Notes: generated from the letters alone by a model not told the origin. A stretch of 64,000 nucleotides of DNA from Alphaproteobacteria bacterium (GCA_965200925.1 OZ241738.1:585774-649773); one strand, 5' to 3'; shown: positions 9,530-19,020, counted from the stretch's first letter. Translations and numbers: made by a program.

Positions 9530-10524
9530 CGGGTCACGCCGCCGCTCAGCCGGATGCGCGGGTCGAGGGCGGCCAGCGCGATGTCGGAGACGAAGACGCC
9601 GATCACCGTCAGGAACGCCATGAACATCAGGAACGAGCCCGCGAGATACATGTCTTGCGTACGCAGCGCGTCCAGCAGCATCGGCCCGGTGGTCGGCAGG
9701 GACAGCACGACGGAAACGATCGCCGCGCCGGAGATCACCTGCGGCAGCAGGTTGCCGATGTCCCCGATAAACGGGTTGAGCGCCATGCGCAGCGGGTATT
9801 TGAACAAGAGCCGCCCGGGCGGCAGCCCCTTCGCCCGGGCCGTGACGACGTATTGCTTCTGCAACTCGTCCAGCAGGTTGGCGCGCAGCCGGCGGATCAT
9901 GCCGGCGGTGCCCGAGGTGCCGATGACCACCACCGGCACCCACAGATGTTCGAGCACCGAGAGCAGCTTGCCGCCGCTCCAGGGCTGGCCCAGATATTCC
10001 GGGTCCATCAGGCCGCCGATGGAGGTGCCGAAGGCGACGTTGGCGACGTAGAGGAGGACGAGGGCGAGCAGGAAGTTCGGCGTCGCCAGGCCGAGGAAGC
10101 CGATGAAGGTGAGCCCGTGGTCGCCCCAGCTGTATTGATGGGTCGCCGAATAGACGCCGATGGGGAAGGACACCACCCAGGTGAAGAGGATCGTCACGAA
10201 GGAGACGATGAAGGTGAGCAGCAGGCGGTCCTCGACGACCTCGTTCACCGGCAGGTTGTATTCGAAGGAATAGCCCATGTCCCCCTGGAGCAGGCCGAAC
10301 AGCCAGATGCCGTATTGCTCGACCAGGGGGCGGTCGAGGCCGTAAGCTCGGCGCAGGAATTCGATCTTCTCGGCGTTCGCGCCCTCGCCCTGGGCCTCGA
10401 GCTCGGCGATGTGGACGCTGAGATAATCGCCGGGCGGCAGCTGGATGATGATGAAGACGAGGGCGCTGATCGCGAGCAGCGTCGGGATCATGATCAGCAG
10501 GCGCCGGACGAGGAAGGTCAGCAT
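9526..10524 (-). CDS. ABC peptide-type transporter permease (YejB/DppB-like)
   Basis: 332 aa. MLTFLVRRLLIMIPTLLAISALVFIIIQLPPGDY is the canonical DppB/OppB N-terminus, and the TARAKGL motif is present. Confidence 0.9.
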   Translation of the reverse strand: MLTFLVRRLLIMIPTLLAISALVFIIIQLPPGDYLSVHIAELEAQGEGANAEKIEFLRRAYGLDRPLVEQYGIWLFGLLQGDMGYSFEYNLPVNEVVEDRLLLTFIVSFVTILFTWVVSFPIGVYSATHQYSWGDHGLTFIGFLGLATPNFLLALVLLYVANVAFGTSIGGLMDPEYLGQPWSGGKLLSVLEHLWVPVVVIGTSGTAGMIRRLRANLLDELQKQYVVTARAKGLPPGRLLFKYPLRMALNPFIGDIGNLLPQVISGAAIVSVVLSLPTTGPMLLDALRTQDMYLAGSFLMFMAFLTVIGVFVSDIALAALDPRIRLSGGVTR

Positions 10525-10595
10525 GGGGTTTCCCTGCGCCCGATTGTGTGCACCCCGCCCCCGAGCGGCAAGCCGGGGCGCCTGAGCCTGTCCGC

Positions 10596-10889
10596 ATGAA
10601 GGGCGCGTTTCCGACCCATTACCTGGTGGTCGAAGGGCTGGCGGGCGAGCAATCGACCTGGCGCGTGGTCCGGGCCGAGGAGCCCGCCCGCGGGCGGCGG
10701 CTCTACGCCTTCGTCGGCACCTGCCAGACCCGGCGCGCGGCGCTCTCCCTGGCGCGGGCGCTCAACGAGAAGCGCGCCGTCGGCCAGGAGACGCTCCGCG
10801 CGGCGGCGCGAGAGCGGGCATCGCGGCCCGCGAGCGTGGTCGGCGGCCCGCCGGCGCCCGATCCCTGCCGGCTCAGGCCCTCCTGCTGA
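10596..10889 (+). CDS. Hypothetical small protein (weak call)
   Basis: ORF 10548..10889 with an internal ATG giving MKGAFPTHYLVVEG... No recognisable motif. It lies in an otherwise empty 300-bp gap. Confidence 0.25.
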   Translation: MKGAFPTHYLVVEGLAGEQSTWRVVRAEEPARGRRLYAFVGTCQTRRAALSLARALNEKRAVGQETLRAAARERASRPASVVGGPPAPDPCRLRPSC

Positions 10890-10901
10890 CGCGGCGCGCC
10901 G

Positions 10902-11534
10902 TCAGGCGTTCCGCTTGCGGATATCCTCGATGTGATCGAGAACCCGCCCGGCGGAGACGATGTCGGCGTAGCGGCGGCCCACGTCCCGCAGGTTGTCCCG
11001 GTGCGGTCCTTCCTCCGCATCGCCGACGCAATCCTCCGGCACCATCGTGCGGTAGCCGTTGGAGAACGAATCCACCACCGACGCGCGGATGCAGCCGCTG
11101 GTCATGCAGCCCATGACGATCGTCGTATCCACGCGATTCCTGGTGAGGAAGCTGGCGACCGGCGTCTGGAAGAAGATCGACGGCGCCGATTTGCGCAGGA
11201 TGTAGTCGTAGTCCGCATCCGCCGTCCGCGGTTCCATTTCGGTGCAGGGATCGCCCTCGTAGAAGGACTCGCGGACCGGTCCGATCTTCCAATAGGGCTT
11301 GTCCCGCTCGGAGCCGTAGGCGGTGTAGCAGTTGGCGACCGGGAGGTTCGCGCGCCGGGCGGCCGCCAGCACGCGCGCGGCGTTGTCCACCGCGCGGCGG
11401 ACCAGCGGGCGGCCGCCGAGGGGGAAGCGCGGATCCGTGAAGCCGACCTGGAGGTCGACGACGAGGATACCGGGCCGTTCGCCGAAGCCGATCTCCGTCG
11501 CCTCGTAACCGATGTCCCGGTAGGTATCGGTCAT
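10902..11534 (-). CDS. Isochorismatase-family cysteine hydrolase (N-carbamoylsarcosine amidase-like)
   Basis: 210 aa. Contains LVVDLQVGF (Asp), a Lys region and the catalytic Cys context VMGCMTSGCIRAS, typical of the isochorismatase family. Confidence 0.85.
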   Translation of the reverse strand: MTDTYRDIGYEATEIGFGERPGILVVDLQVGFTDPRFPLGGRPLVRRAVDNAARVLAAARRANLPVANCYTAYGSERDKPYWKIGPVRESFYEGDPCTEMEPRTADADYDYILRKSAPSIFFQTPVASFLTRNRVDTTIVMGCMTSGCIRASVVDSFSNGYRTMVPEDCVGDAEEGPHRDNLRDVGRRYADIVSAGRVLDHIEDIRKRNA

Positions 11535-11573
11535 GTCGGGGCCTCCGCGCCGCGCGCCGTCCGGCGAAGCCTA

Positions 11574-11590
11574 CCGGAAAACGAGGCCCG
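11574..11590. repeat. Left copy of the island-flanking 17-bp direct repeat
   Basis: ccggaaaacgaggcccg, identical to 19067-19083. Confidence 0.6.
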
Positions 11591-11595
11591 GAACA

Positions 11596-11642
11596 GCCCG
11601 TCACCCCTCGATCGCCGCGTCCGGGGCGCCGGCGGCGAGGGC
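11596..11642 (-). pseudogene. Relic 3' end (last ~14 codons plus stop) of a type IIG restriction-methylase gene
   Basis: 41/47 nt are identical to 14965-15011, the true 3' end of the upstream type IIG gene. This copy encodes ...ALAAGAPDAAIEG* against ...ALAAGKPDAKIEG* there. It lies 10 nt after the stop of the 319-aa gene. Confidence 0.7.
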
Positions 11643-11652
11643 CACTTCGACT

Positions 11653-12612
11653 TCAGCGGCGGGTGATCTTCGGCCCGACGTAGACGATGCAGACCGGCTC
11701 CCCGGGGCGGAACGACCACCAGAAATGCAGGCGCAAAGTGGGGCTTCGTACCTTGCCGTGCCACGAGCAGAACAAGGTGCCGCCGGCATCGCCGGGGTCG
11801 GGGAACGTCATTTCGTTGCGAAAATCGCGCCTCTCCGTGGGGGACGAATCGGAAAACAGCGCATTGCGACCCCTGAAGTGGTCCTGATGGATCCGGTTTC
11901 CTTCGGGCGTCCGCCTGCCGGACCGGTCGAAAGCACCCGCGAGACGGTCCAGGATGTTCAGCAGTATCAGGATGCGCTCTGACGCGCTCGCGGAGAACGG
12001 ACTCCCGTCGAGGGGTTGGAAGGCGTTGTCGGCGAAGGTCAGGCGTGTGAAGCGGCGCACCGAGGCGTTTCGCAAATCTCCCCACGACCGGACCGGTGGC
12101 GCCGCGGCGCGCAGCCCGTTTTCCAAAGCGGCGGGGGCGCGCCAGTTTTCGAGGGCTGCCTGCCGGTCTTCCAGTCCCTCGGCCTCCCGCCGCCACGCCA
12201 CCTCCACAGGCGAGAAGTCCCAGTCGGAAGGGACGACCCCGACGAGACCGCATTCGATTCCGTGAAGTTTCCGGTACGCGGCTTCGCCGACGACGGAATC
12301 GGTGACGACGTCGCCCCGGCACTCCAGCCAGTCGTCGGACCCGTGCCGGCGAAGATCGTCCCAGAACGGACCGCCTTTCGTCAGCCAGCGCATTGCGGAA
12401 CGGCGCTCGCTTTCCGACAGACACCCGATCGCCTGCTGCATCGAAACGCCCGGCAACGGTTCGACGGCCAGCAGCGCGCGGTGGCAATGAACGTCGCGCT
12501 CGTGGTGCCGGGCAACCGCGCGCATCGTCATCAGCCTGCCGAATGCGCCGCGAAACGATTGCAGGTCGTGGAATTGCCCGTGGATCGACAGGTCGTTGAC
12601 GAAAAGCTCCAC
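11653..12612 (-). CDS. Hypothetical protein, third gene of the DUF262/DUF3696 cassette (319 aa)
   Basis: GTG start with a GGAG SD, 1 nt after the ATPase stop. I recognise no family motif. The C-terminus reads FCSWHGKVRSPTLRLHFWWSFRPGEPVCIVYVGPKITRR. Confidence 0.6.
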   Translation of the reverse strand: MELFVNDLSIHGQFHDLQSFRGAFGRLMTMRAVARHHERDVHCHRALLAVEPLPGVSMQQAIGCLSESERRSAMRWLTKGGPFWDDLRRHGSDDWLECRGDVVTDSVVGEAAYRKLHGIECGLVGVVPSDWDFSPVEVAWRREAEGLEDRQAALENWRAPAALENGLRAAAPPVRSWGDLRNASVRRFTRLTFADNAFQPLDGSPFSASASERILILLNILDRLAGAFDRSGRRTPEGNRIHQDHFRGRNALFSDSSPTERRDFRNEMTFPDPGDAGGTLFCSWHGKVRSPTLRLHFWWSFRPGEPVCIVYVGPKITRR

Positions 12613-12613
12613 G

Positions 12614-13756
12614 TCAACTCCAGCCGGCGAAGTAGTTCATGTCCTTGTCGAACTGATCGAAGAACCCGTCTGGCCAGGAGTCGAGGTTGCCGGCTTCGTC
12701 CAGGGCCGGGCTCTGCACTTGGGCGCCGCCGCCCCGGGCGTCGTCGCGGCACGGCCGGAAGAAGTGCACCGCAGCGTCGCCGGCGGACAGCGTCCCGTCC
12801 CTGACCGCCCGGCGAATGCCGTTCAGGACGTGGTCGCTGTGCGTCTCGAGGAGGACCTGAACGCCGGCCGCGGCGACCTCGGTCAGGAACTTCCCCATCG
12901 CCGCCTGTCCGGCGGGGTGGAGATGCACTTCCGGGTTCTCGATCAGCAGCAAGCCGTCCCGGTCCGCGGACAAGGCCGCAACGACGATGGGAAGCACCTG
13001 GGTGAGGCCGAAACCGGTGTGAGCCGGGCGGTGAAAGTCCATATCGCTGGAGGTGCGAAGCCCCAGCAGCGCCGCATTGGCGCCGACGACCTCCCTGACC
13101 TCCAGTCCGCAGCCGGGGAAGAACCGGGCCATCCGCGCCTCGACCTGCCGCAGCCGGGTGCCGGGCACGCCTGGAAGCCGCAGGCGGTCCGGCACGTCGT
13201 CGTCGCGGCCGGCATGAAGAACGCTGACGGTATGCTCTCCTCGCGGGCCGACGACCGGCGCGCCTTGCGGATCTTCCAGAGGATAAGTTTCGCGCGGACC
13301 CAGCCGTTCCGCCGTCAGGTAGGTCAGCGTCCGAAGCCGTTGCGCCAACCGCCCATCCCCGTGCGGAGATGGCAACAAGTGGCGAAGACCGGTCGGACGG
13401 TCATGCTCGGTGCCGGCGACGGCGAGGCGGGCGACGTCCATCGACATGCCTTCGCGTTCACCCGCAAACGTCCATCGAAAGACCGTATCGCCATCCAGCA
13501 GGCCGATTTCGCACTCGCGGCGTCCCTGGACCTGATCGATCACGTCGGCGACGGTGCCGAGGCGGACGGCCGCGCCGTTCAGCATCAGCCGCGGCGACCA
13601 TTCATGCTCGCGCATCGTCTGGTGCAGGAGCGCCAGCCCCTGCAGGACCGTCGATTTCCCCGAGGCGTTGGCGCCGGAAAGAAGGGTCAGCGGGCGGAGG
13701 GGCAGCTTCAGCCCGCCGAAACACTTGAAATGACGGAAATCAATTCGTGTGAGCAC
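12614..13756 (-). CDS. DUF3696-type AAA/ABC-like ATPase
   Basis: 380 aa. N-terminal FRHFKCFGGLKLPLRPLTLLSGANASGKSTVLQ (Walker A), GFGLTQVLPIVVA, Walker B/D-loop LLLIENPEVHLHP and ETHSDH are present. The C-terminal WPDGFFDQF is characteristic of the DUF3696 tail. GTG start with a GGGGAG SD. Confidence 0.85.
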   Translation of the reverse strand: MLTRIDFRHFKCFGGLKLPLRPLTLLSGANASGKSTVLQGLALLHQTMREHEWSPRLMLNGAAVRLGTVADVIDQVQGRRECEIGLLDGDTVFRWTFAGEREGMSMDVARLAVAGTEHDRPTGLRHLLPSPHGDGRLAQRLRTLTYLTAERLGPRETYPLEDPQGAPVVGPRGEHTVSVLHAGRDDDVPDRLRLPGVPGTRLRQVEARMARFFPGCGLEVREVVGANAALLGLRTSSDMDFHRPAHTGFGLTQVLPIVVAALSADRDGLLLIENPEVHLHPAGQAAMGKFLTEVAAAGVQVLLETHSDHVLNGIRRAVRDGTLSAGDAAVHFFRPCRDDARGGGAQVQSPALDEAGNLDSWPDGFFDQFDKDMNYFAGWS

Positions 13757-14846
13757 TCAGAACTCCCCTGAACACGTCCCGAGCCTTTTGGAACCGATAC
13801 TTCACCTTTCTGGCGTCGTTGGGGCCGTAGGTGATTGCGGTATTGAACTCCTCGTCGTCGAGAAGCCGGTGGACGGCATCGCGAAGAGCGTCGGCACGCG
13901 CTTCGACCCTGTCCCGGGCGTAACGGCACAGGCCGGTGGACATCACGTCCCAGAACGAGGCGTTGAGAACGCTGCGCCGGTGAGGTTCCCTGGATTTCCT
14001 GAAGGCGTGTTCTCCGAACAGCATGTGATTGTTCTCGAGGCCTCGGCGGAACCGGCGGGACAGCTGCGAGAGTTCGGCTTCGTCCATCTCGTTCATGCGG
14101 CGCAGGCATTTGGCGAGAAAGTCGTCCATGTCGCCGCGGTAGTCGTCGCGATCGAGAAGGCGAAAGGCACAAAATCGATTGACGAACTCCCGGTCGCGCA
14201 TGGTCTTCCTGTTCAGGCTTCCACCGGTCGACAATACAAAAATCTCGGTTTGCGATTCCTCCTTGAGGAACTTCGTTGCCGCGCCCATGAACAGGCAATT
14301 ACGCATCTGCTGCCTCGTGAGCGGCACGCCGCTGTTCACCCTTTCGAAGATGTCCAGACGGGCGCGCTCGGGCACCTTCGAGTCGATGATGTAGAACGTG
14401 AGGTTGCAATCCTCGACGCGGTTCTTGAGCTTGGGTGGTAGATCCGAGAATTTTTTCCGGTGCAATTCGCCTCGATCTGGAAGATCAAGCGGCAATTCAT
14501 CTTTCACGAACCGCCGAAACGTGGACAGGCGCTGCAAACCGTCCACCACCACCATCCGCCCTTCTTCGTCCTCCGCCATGTAGAACACCGGCAGCGGAAT
14601 ACGCAAGATGACGGATTCGATCAGCTTGCTCTGCTTGTCGGGAGGCCAGAGGAATTCGCGCTGAAAATCAGGGTCCAGGATGTAGGTGTTCCGGTCGATC
14701 CGCCGCATGACGCCGTGAATCGTCCGGTTTTCCTGCCGGATCAGAAGCTCGTCGATGGGATACGTGCCCCACGATCCGCTCTCGGGATCCAGGCCCTCGA
14801 TTTTCTCCGGCGGGTCGACGTCCCCTGTCGTCTCGTGCGCGCTCAC
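13740..14846 (-). CDS. DUF262 (ParB/Srx-fold, GmrS-like) protein
   Basis: 368 aa. Contains DPDFQREFLWPPDKQSKLIESV and VVDGLQRLSTF (a DGQQR-type motif). GTG start with a GGAGG SD. The 3' end overlaps the ATPase start by 17 nt. The gene is visibly more AT-rich than its surroundings. Confidence 0.85.
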   Translation of the reverse strand: MSAHETTGDVDPPEKIEGLDPESGSWGTYPIDELLIRQENRTIHGVMRRIDRNTYILDPDFQREFLWPPDKQSKLIESVILRIPLPVFYMAEDEEGRMVVVDGLQRLSTFRRFVKDELPLDLPDRGELHRKKFSDLPPKLKNRVEDCNLTFYIIDSKVPERARLDIFERVNSGVPLTRQQMRNCLFMGAATKFLKEESQTEIFVLSTGGSLNRKTMRDREFVNRFCAFRLLDRDDYRGDMDDFLAKCLRRMNEMDEAELSQLSRRFRRGLENNHMLFGEHAFRKSREPHRRSVLNASFWDVMSTGLCRYARDRVEARADALRDAVHRLLDDEEFNTAITYGPNDARKVKYRFQKARDVFRGVLSAHTN

Positions 14847-14865
14847 CGTCTGGCCTCCACCGGAA

Positions 14866-14908
14866 GGAAGCGTCCGTGCCGACGGTAGCCGATGGCACGG
14901 ACTCTTCC
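14866..14908. other. Strong hairpin between the type IIG gene and the DUF262 gene
   Basis: The arms ggaagcgtccgtgcc (14866-14880) and ggcacggactcttcc (14894-14908) are complementary at 14/15 positions with a 13-nt loop. There is no U-run, so it is not a canonical terminator. Confidence 0.5.
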
Positions 14909-14969
14909 AGAGTCATCACACGGCGAATCGGGAGTCAATTAATTTCGCTTCCCGACCAGCCGCGGCCCG

Positions 14970-17900
14970 TTACCCCTCGATCTTCGCGTCCGGTTTGCCG
15001 GCGGCGAGGGCGTTGAGCCAGGCGAGGCAGAGGTCGCGGGAGCGGTAGCGGCCGTGGGAGGCGCGCTCCTGGCGTTCGACGATGGGGAAGGTGGAATAGA
15101 CGTAGCGGACGTCGTCGCGGTCGGTCACGCCGTAGAGGTGGAAGAAGAGGGCGTCGAGGCGGGCGCGCAGCCGCAAGCGGCGGTCCTCGTCCCAGGGAGG
15201 TGAGTTCCAGCACCGATTCGCGGACGATCTCGGCGGCCGTCTTCGGCCCGAAACGGACGGCGTCGTAGCGCGCGGGCGGGACCACGGGGAGTTGCTCCAG
15301 GACGAACCAGGTGAAGTGCGTCGCCGGAACCTTCTGCCTGGCGACGAAATCGAACACCAGGGCATTCAGGTTCGCGACGATCGAACAAGCCAGAGCGGCC
15401 CGATCCGTCGCGGCGTCTTCCAGCGGGAGCAAGGGAAGGGTGTGCCCGGCTCCGGCGCGCGGCACGATTGCCGCAATCATGGTGCGCATGTTGGTGGAAG
15501 CGGTGATGTCCTTGAAGGCGACGGCCCACCGGTCGCTCCAACGCCAGCGCTCGGGATCGTCCATGACGTAGTAGCGGGGGGTCGGGAAATGGTCGGGGTC
15601 TCGTTTCCGTGAGGCTTCGGCGGTTTCCTGTTGGCCGGGCCGGAACAGATTGTCCGGGTTCACGACGATGTCCGCCGCGCGGTGGTCGAAGGCTTGCACC
15701 ATCTTGCCTTCGTAGAGCGGCACCCACGCGCCTGCGGGGCTGGCGAAGCGGTTGCCGCCGACGGGCCACGCGCCTTCCTTCTCCTCCAGTTCCGCGCGGG
15801 TGCGGAAGAGGGCGGAGTCGTTGGCCATGTCGAACATGCGCGTGTAGCGCACCGGCCACGCCTTCGCTTCATCGCCTGCCGAGCGGTCCACCAGCACCGG
15901 CAGCCGTTCGTAGATCGCCACGGTCAATTCGGCGTCGCGGCGGGTGCGGAAGACGGGCGCGGTGCCGGTGTTGGGGTTGACGCGGGCGAAATCCGCCGCC
16001 GCCAGGGGGAAGCGGCGTTCCGGGTCCTCGCTCTCGGCCACGGCTTGCAGGAAGAAGGCGCAGCGCGCAGGCGCGCCCGCCGGTGCTCGGCCGGCGACGA
16101 AGGCGCAGAACTTGAAGCTTCGATGAACCTCCGGGAAGAAGGGCGGCGCCGCGTGGCGCGTGCGTCGGTTCTCGAAATCGTAGAGCGCGCGCAGCCGGCC
16201 TTCCGTCGCCACGCCTCTGAAGAAGCGGGCCGCCGTCTTGTCGGAGGCGATGCCGGAGGGCACCAGCAGGCCGACCACGCCTTCCGGCTTCGCCAGCGCC
16301 AGGGCGCGCTCGACGAACAGGCTGTAGAGGTTCACGTCGCCGCCGGAGAGCAGCGGGTAATCGCCGCAGGTCCGCGCCATGCGGGCCCTGTCCGCCGCCC
16401 GGGCGCCGGCCCGCGCGAAATCGCGGGCGAGCGGGTCCCCGGCCCTTTCCAGCGCGGCGACCAGGCGCCGGCGGTCGGCGGCGCGCGGGGCGTTCGCGAT
16501 CTCGGGCCGGCGGGCCGCGAACCATTCGACCTGTTGCAGCTTCACCCTGTCCCAGGGCGGGTTGCCGATCACGGCGTCGAAGCCGCCCTCGGGCGCGTCG
16601 CTCTCCCACTGCGACCAGACGCCGGGGAAGGCGACCTGCCAGTTCAGGAAGCGCTCCTCGGCGGCGAGCGCCCGCGCCTGGGCGAGGAGGCCGGCGAAGC
16701 GCTTTCCCTCAGCCCCGCGCGCGGCCGGTGCGCATGCGCCGCACACGATGGCGACGGGGTCGCCGAAGCGGCCCGCGAAGAAGGATTGGAGCGCCGTCCG
16801 GTCCTCGGGCGCCCGCAGGCCGAGCCAGTCGAAGGCGTGGACCAGGGCGAGAATCCGGTCGAGCGGTGCGGTCATCGCCTCGACCTCGGCGAAGGTTTCG
16901 GCGGAGCGGTGCGCCTCGGCGATTTCCGCGTCCGTGAGCGCCTCGATGGCCGCCATGCCCCGCGCCGCACCGGCGGCGCGGGTGATCGAATCGTGCAGCA
17001 GGAGCGGCGTTCCGTGTTCCGCCGCCTTGTCGATGCCGGCGCGCACCCGGGCGCCGAACAGGCTGTCGCCGCAGCGCAGATGGTGGTCGAGGAAGGAGAG
17101 CGGCGCGCCGACGGTGAAGGTATGCAGCCAGAGCGAGACCTTGGCGAGCTCCACCGCCATCGGGTTCTTGTCCACGCCGTAGACGCAGCGCTTGAGCACC
17201 ATGCGCCGCACGACGTGGCGGTCGTCGAGGCGTTCGGGAGCGACGGCCCAGCCGTTCGCCTCGGCGTTGGCGCGGACGGTGGCGCGGGTGGCCTCGATGC
17301 GGTCGGCGAGCGGCGAACGGTATGCGCCCCAGTCGACCGCCGCCTCCGCTTCGGCCATGGCGGCGATGGTCCGGTCGGCGAGCCAGTCCACCAGATTGAC
17401 CAGGAAATGCCCGGAGCCCATGGCCGGGTCGCAGACCTTGAGCGCCAGCAGGCGTTCGGCCGGGTCGAGCGCGCGCAATTCGGCGAGGCGAAGCGCGGCG
17501 TCGCGCCGGTCCCCGAGTTCCTCGGCGCGGGCGCGGAACGCCGCCATGGGCGCGGCGGCGAGCGGCCCCAGAGTCTCGTCGAGGATCAGGCCGACCAGAT
17601 CGTCCGGCGTGTAGTAGCTGCCGGAGTCCTTGCGCGCGAAGACGTCGGGGCGGACGGCGATGCTCCCGCCCTCCGCCGCGAGCGCGCGCTCCAGCAGGCG
17701 TTCGTAGACGGAGCCCAGCTGGCGGACGCCGAGATCGCGGTAGTTGATGTACTTGCGGCGCCCGTCCGCCGTCCGTTCGAAGGAGAGCGCGTCGATGACG
17801 TCGGCCATGACCGCATCGCCCAGCCGGACGCGGCCGAGCAGCGGCGTGCGGGCGCGGTCGAACAGGCCGCCGTCGTAGGGCGGCAGGCCGATGGAGGCGT

Positions 17901-18981
17901 CGCCGGCGTCGATGGCGCGGCAGAGGTCGTCGACGGCCGACCAGTAACGGGCGGCGCTCTCGGAGAAGACGTCGCCCTCGTCCTTGCGCCGCCCGACGTC
18001 GCCGCGCACCTTCGCGCGCAGGGCGTAATCGTCGTAGCGCGAGTCGCGGACGGGCAGCAGGTCGCGGTCCTCGGCATAGAGGATGAAGAGGAGGCGGTAG
18101 AGCAGGACAAGCCCGGCCTCGCGCACCTCCGCCAGCGGCGCGTCCGGCGCGGCGGCGGCGATGGCGCGGGCGAGCTGCGGGAAGACCCGCTCGAAGACCT
18201 TGGCGGAGAGATCGCCGGCGACGCGCTCCTCGTGGAAGCGGCCTTCGTCGACGGCGTAGCGGTGGAAACTCGCCGCCCGTTCCGCGCCGGGCAGGAAGGC
18301 CGCGCGCCGGAAGACCAGCGCGAAGACCTTGAGCCAGTGGCGGCGGGCCTCCGATGCCGGGGCGAACAGGTCGCCGCCCGCCGCCGCGGGGGTGAGGAGC
18401 GCCGCCAGGTCGATCTCGAAGAACTGCTCGGAGACGGAGCGCGCGCCCTGCCAGTAGAGCCGCCAGCAGGCGCCGTTGGTGAGGATGCCCCAGCGCAGCC
18501 CGCCTTGCGTCAGGTCCTCCACCCGGCGCAGGTAGCGGAGCATCTGGGTCGACGGCGCGGTCTCCTCGCCGTGCACGCCTGAGCGGCGGTCGAGCGGGCG
18601 CCGCCAGCGCTTGGATTCGACCAGCGCCGCGCCCAGCGCGTAGCGCCGCCACTCCTCCGGCAAGGCGTTGGCGCGGGCCTTCGCGGCTGCGTCGGCGAAG
18701 AGCAGGCCGTCCGGCACGTGGTCGCGCCCGCGGGCGCTCAGGTTCTGCTGCCGCAGGCTCTGCGTCCAGCCGAGGCGCCGGAGGACGGGCCAGATCAGGT
18801 CGTCCTCGGTCTGGCTTTCGTTGGGGGTGCCTTCGCTGGGGAAGCGGGCGAGGAGCGCGCCGAGGTCGCGTTCGAGGGCGTCGAGCGCCGCGTCGTCGAG
18901 CGCCTTCCAATCCGCCGAGCCGGCGATCGTGTCGCACAGGAAGCCGTCGGCGAACAGGCCGCCGCGGGAAAGGTTCTCCAT
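14970..18981 (-). pseudogene. Type IIG (Eco57I/MmeI-like) fused restriction endonuclease-N6-adenine methyltransferase, frameshifted near the 3' end
   Basis: ATG at 18981 with a GGAG SD (MENLSRGGLF...). N-terminal PD-ExK-like motif (VPDGLLF...LVESKRW), methyltransferase motif I VCDPAMGSGHFLV and motif IV GNPPW are present. After ...RESVLELT (about 15199) the conserved tail PPWDEDRRLRLRARLDALFFHLYGVTDRDDVRYVYSTFPIVERQ...KIEG* continues in another frame (track ORF 14970..15365). The 4012-nt span is not a multiple of 3. Confidence 0.8.
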
Positions 18982-19020
18982 ACGCGCTCCGGCGGGAGGT
19001 CCCCGTTCCATAGCCCCGGT

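Noticed and set aside
15631-18582. 983-aa plus-strand ORF, and the other large ORFs 16709..18937 (-), 23626..26646 (-), 24297..26663 (+), 33271..36090 (-), 38801..42007 (+), 42749..46207 (+), 48109..51810 (-) and 48330..52256 (+)
   Set aside because: All lie antisense or out of frame to genes with clear family motifs, and all translate to low-complexity sequence.
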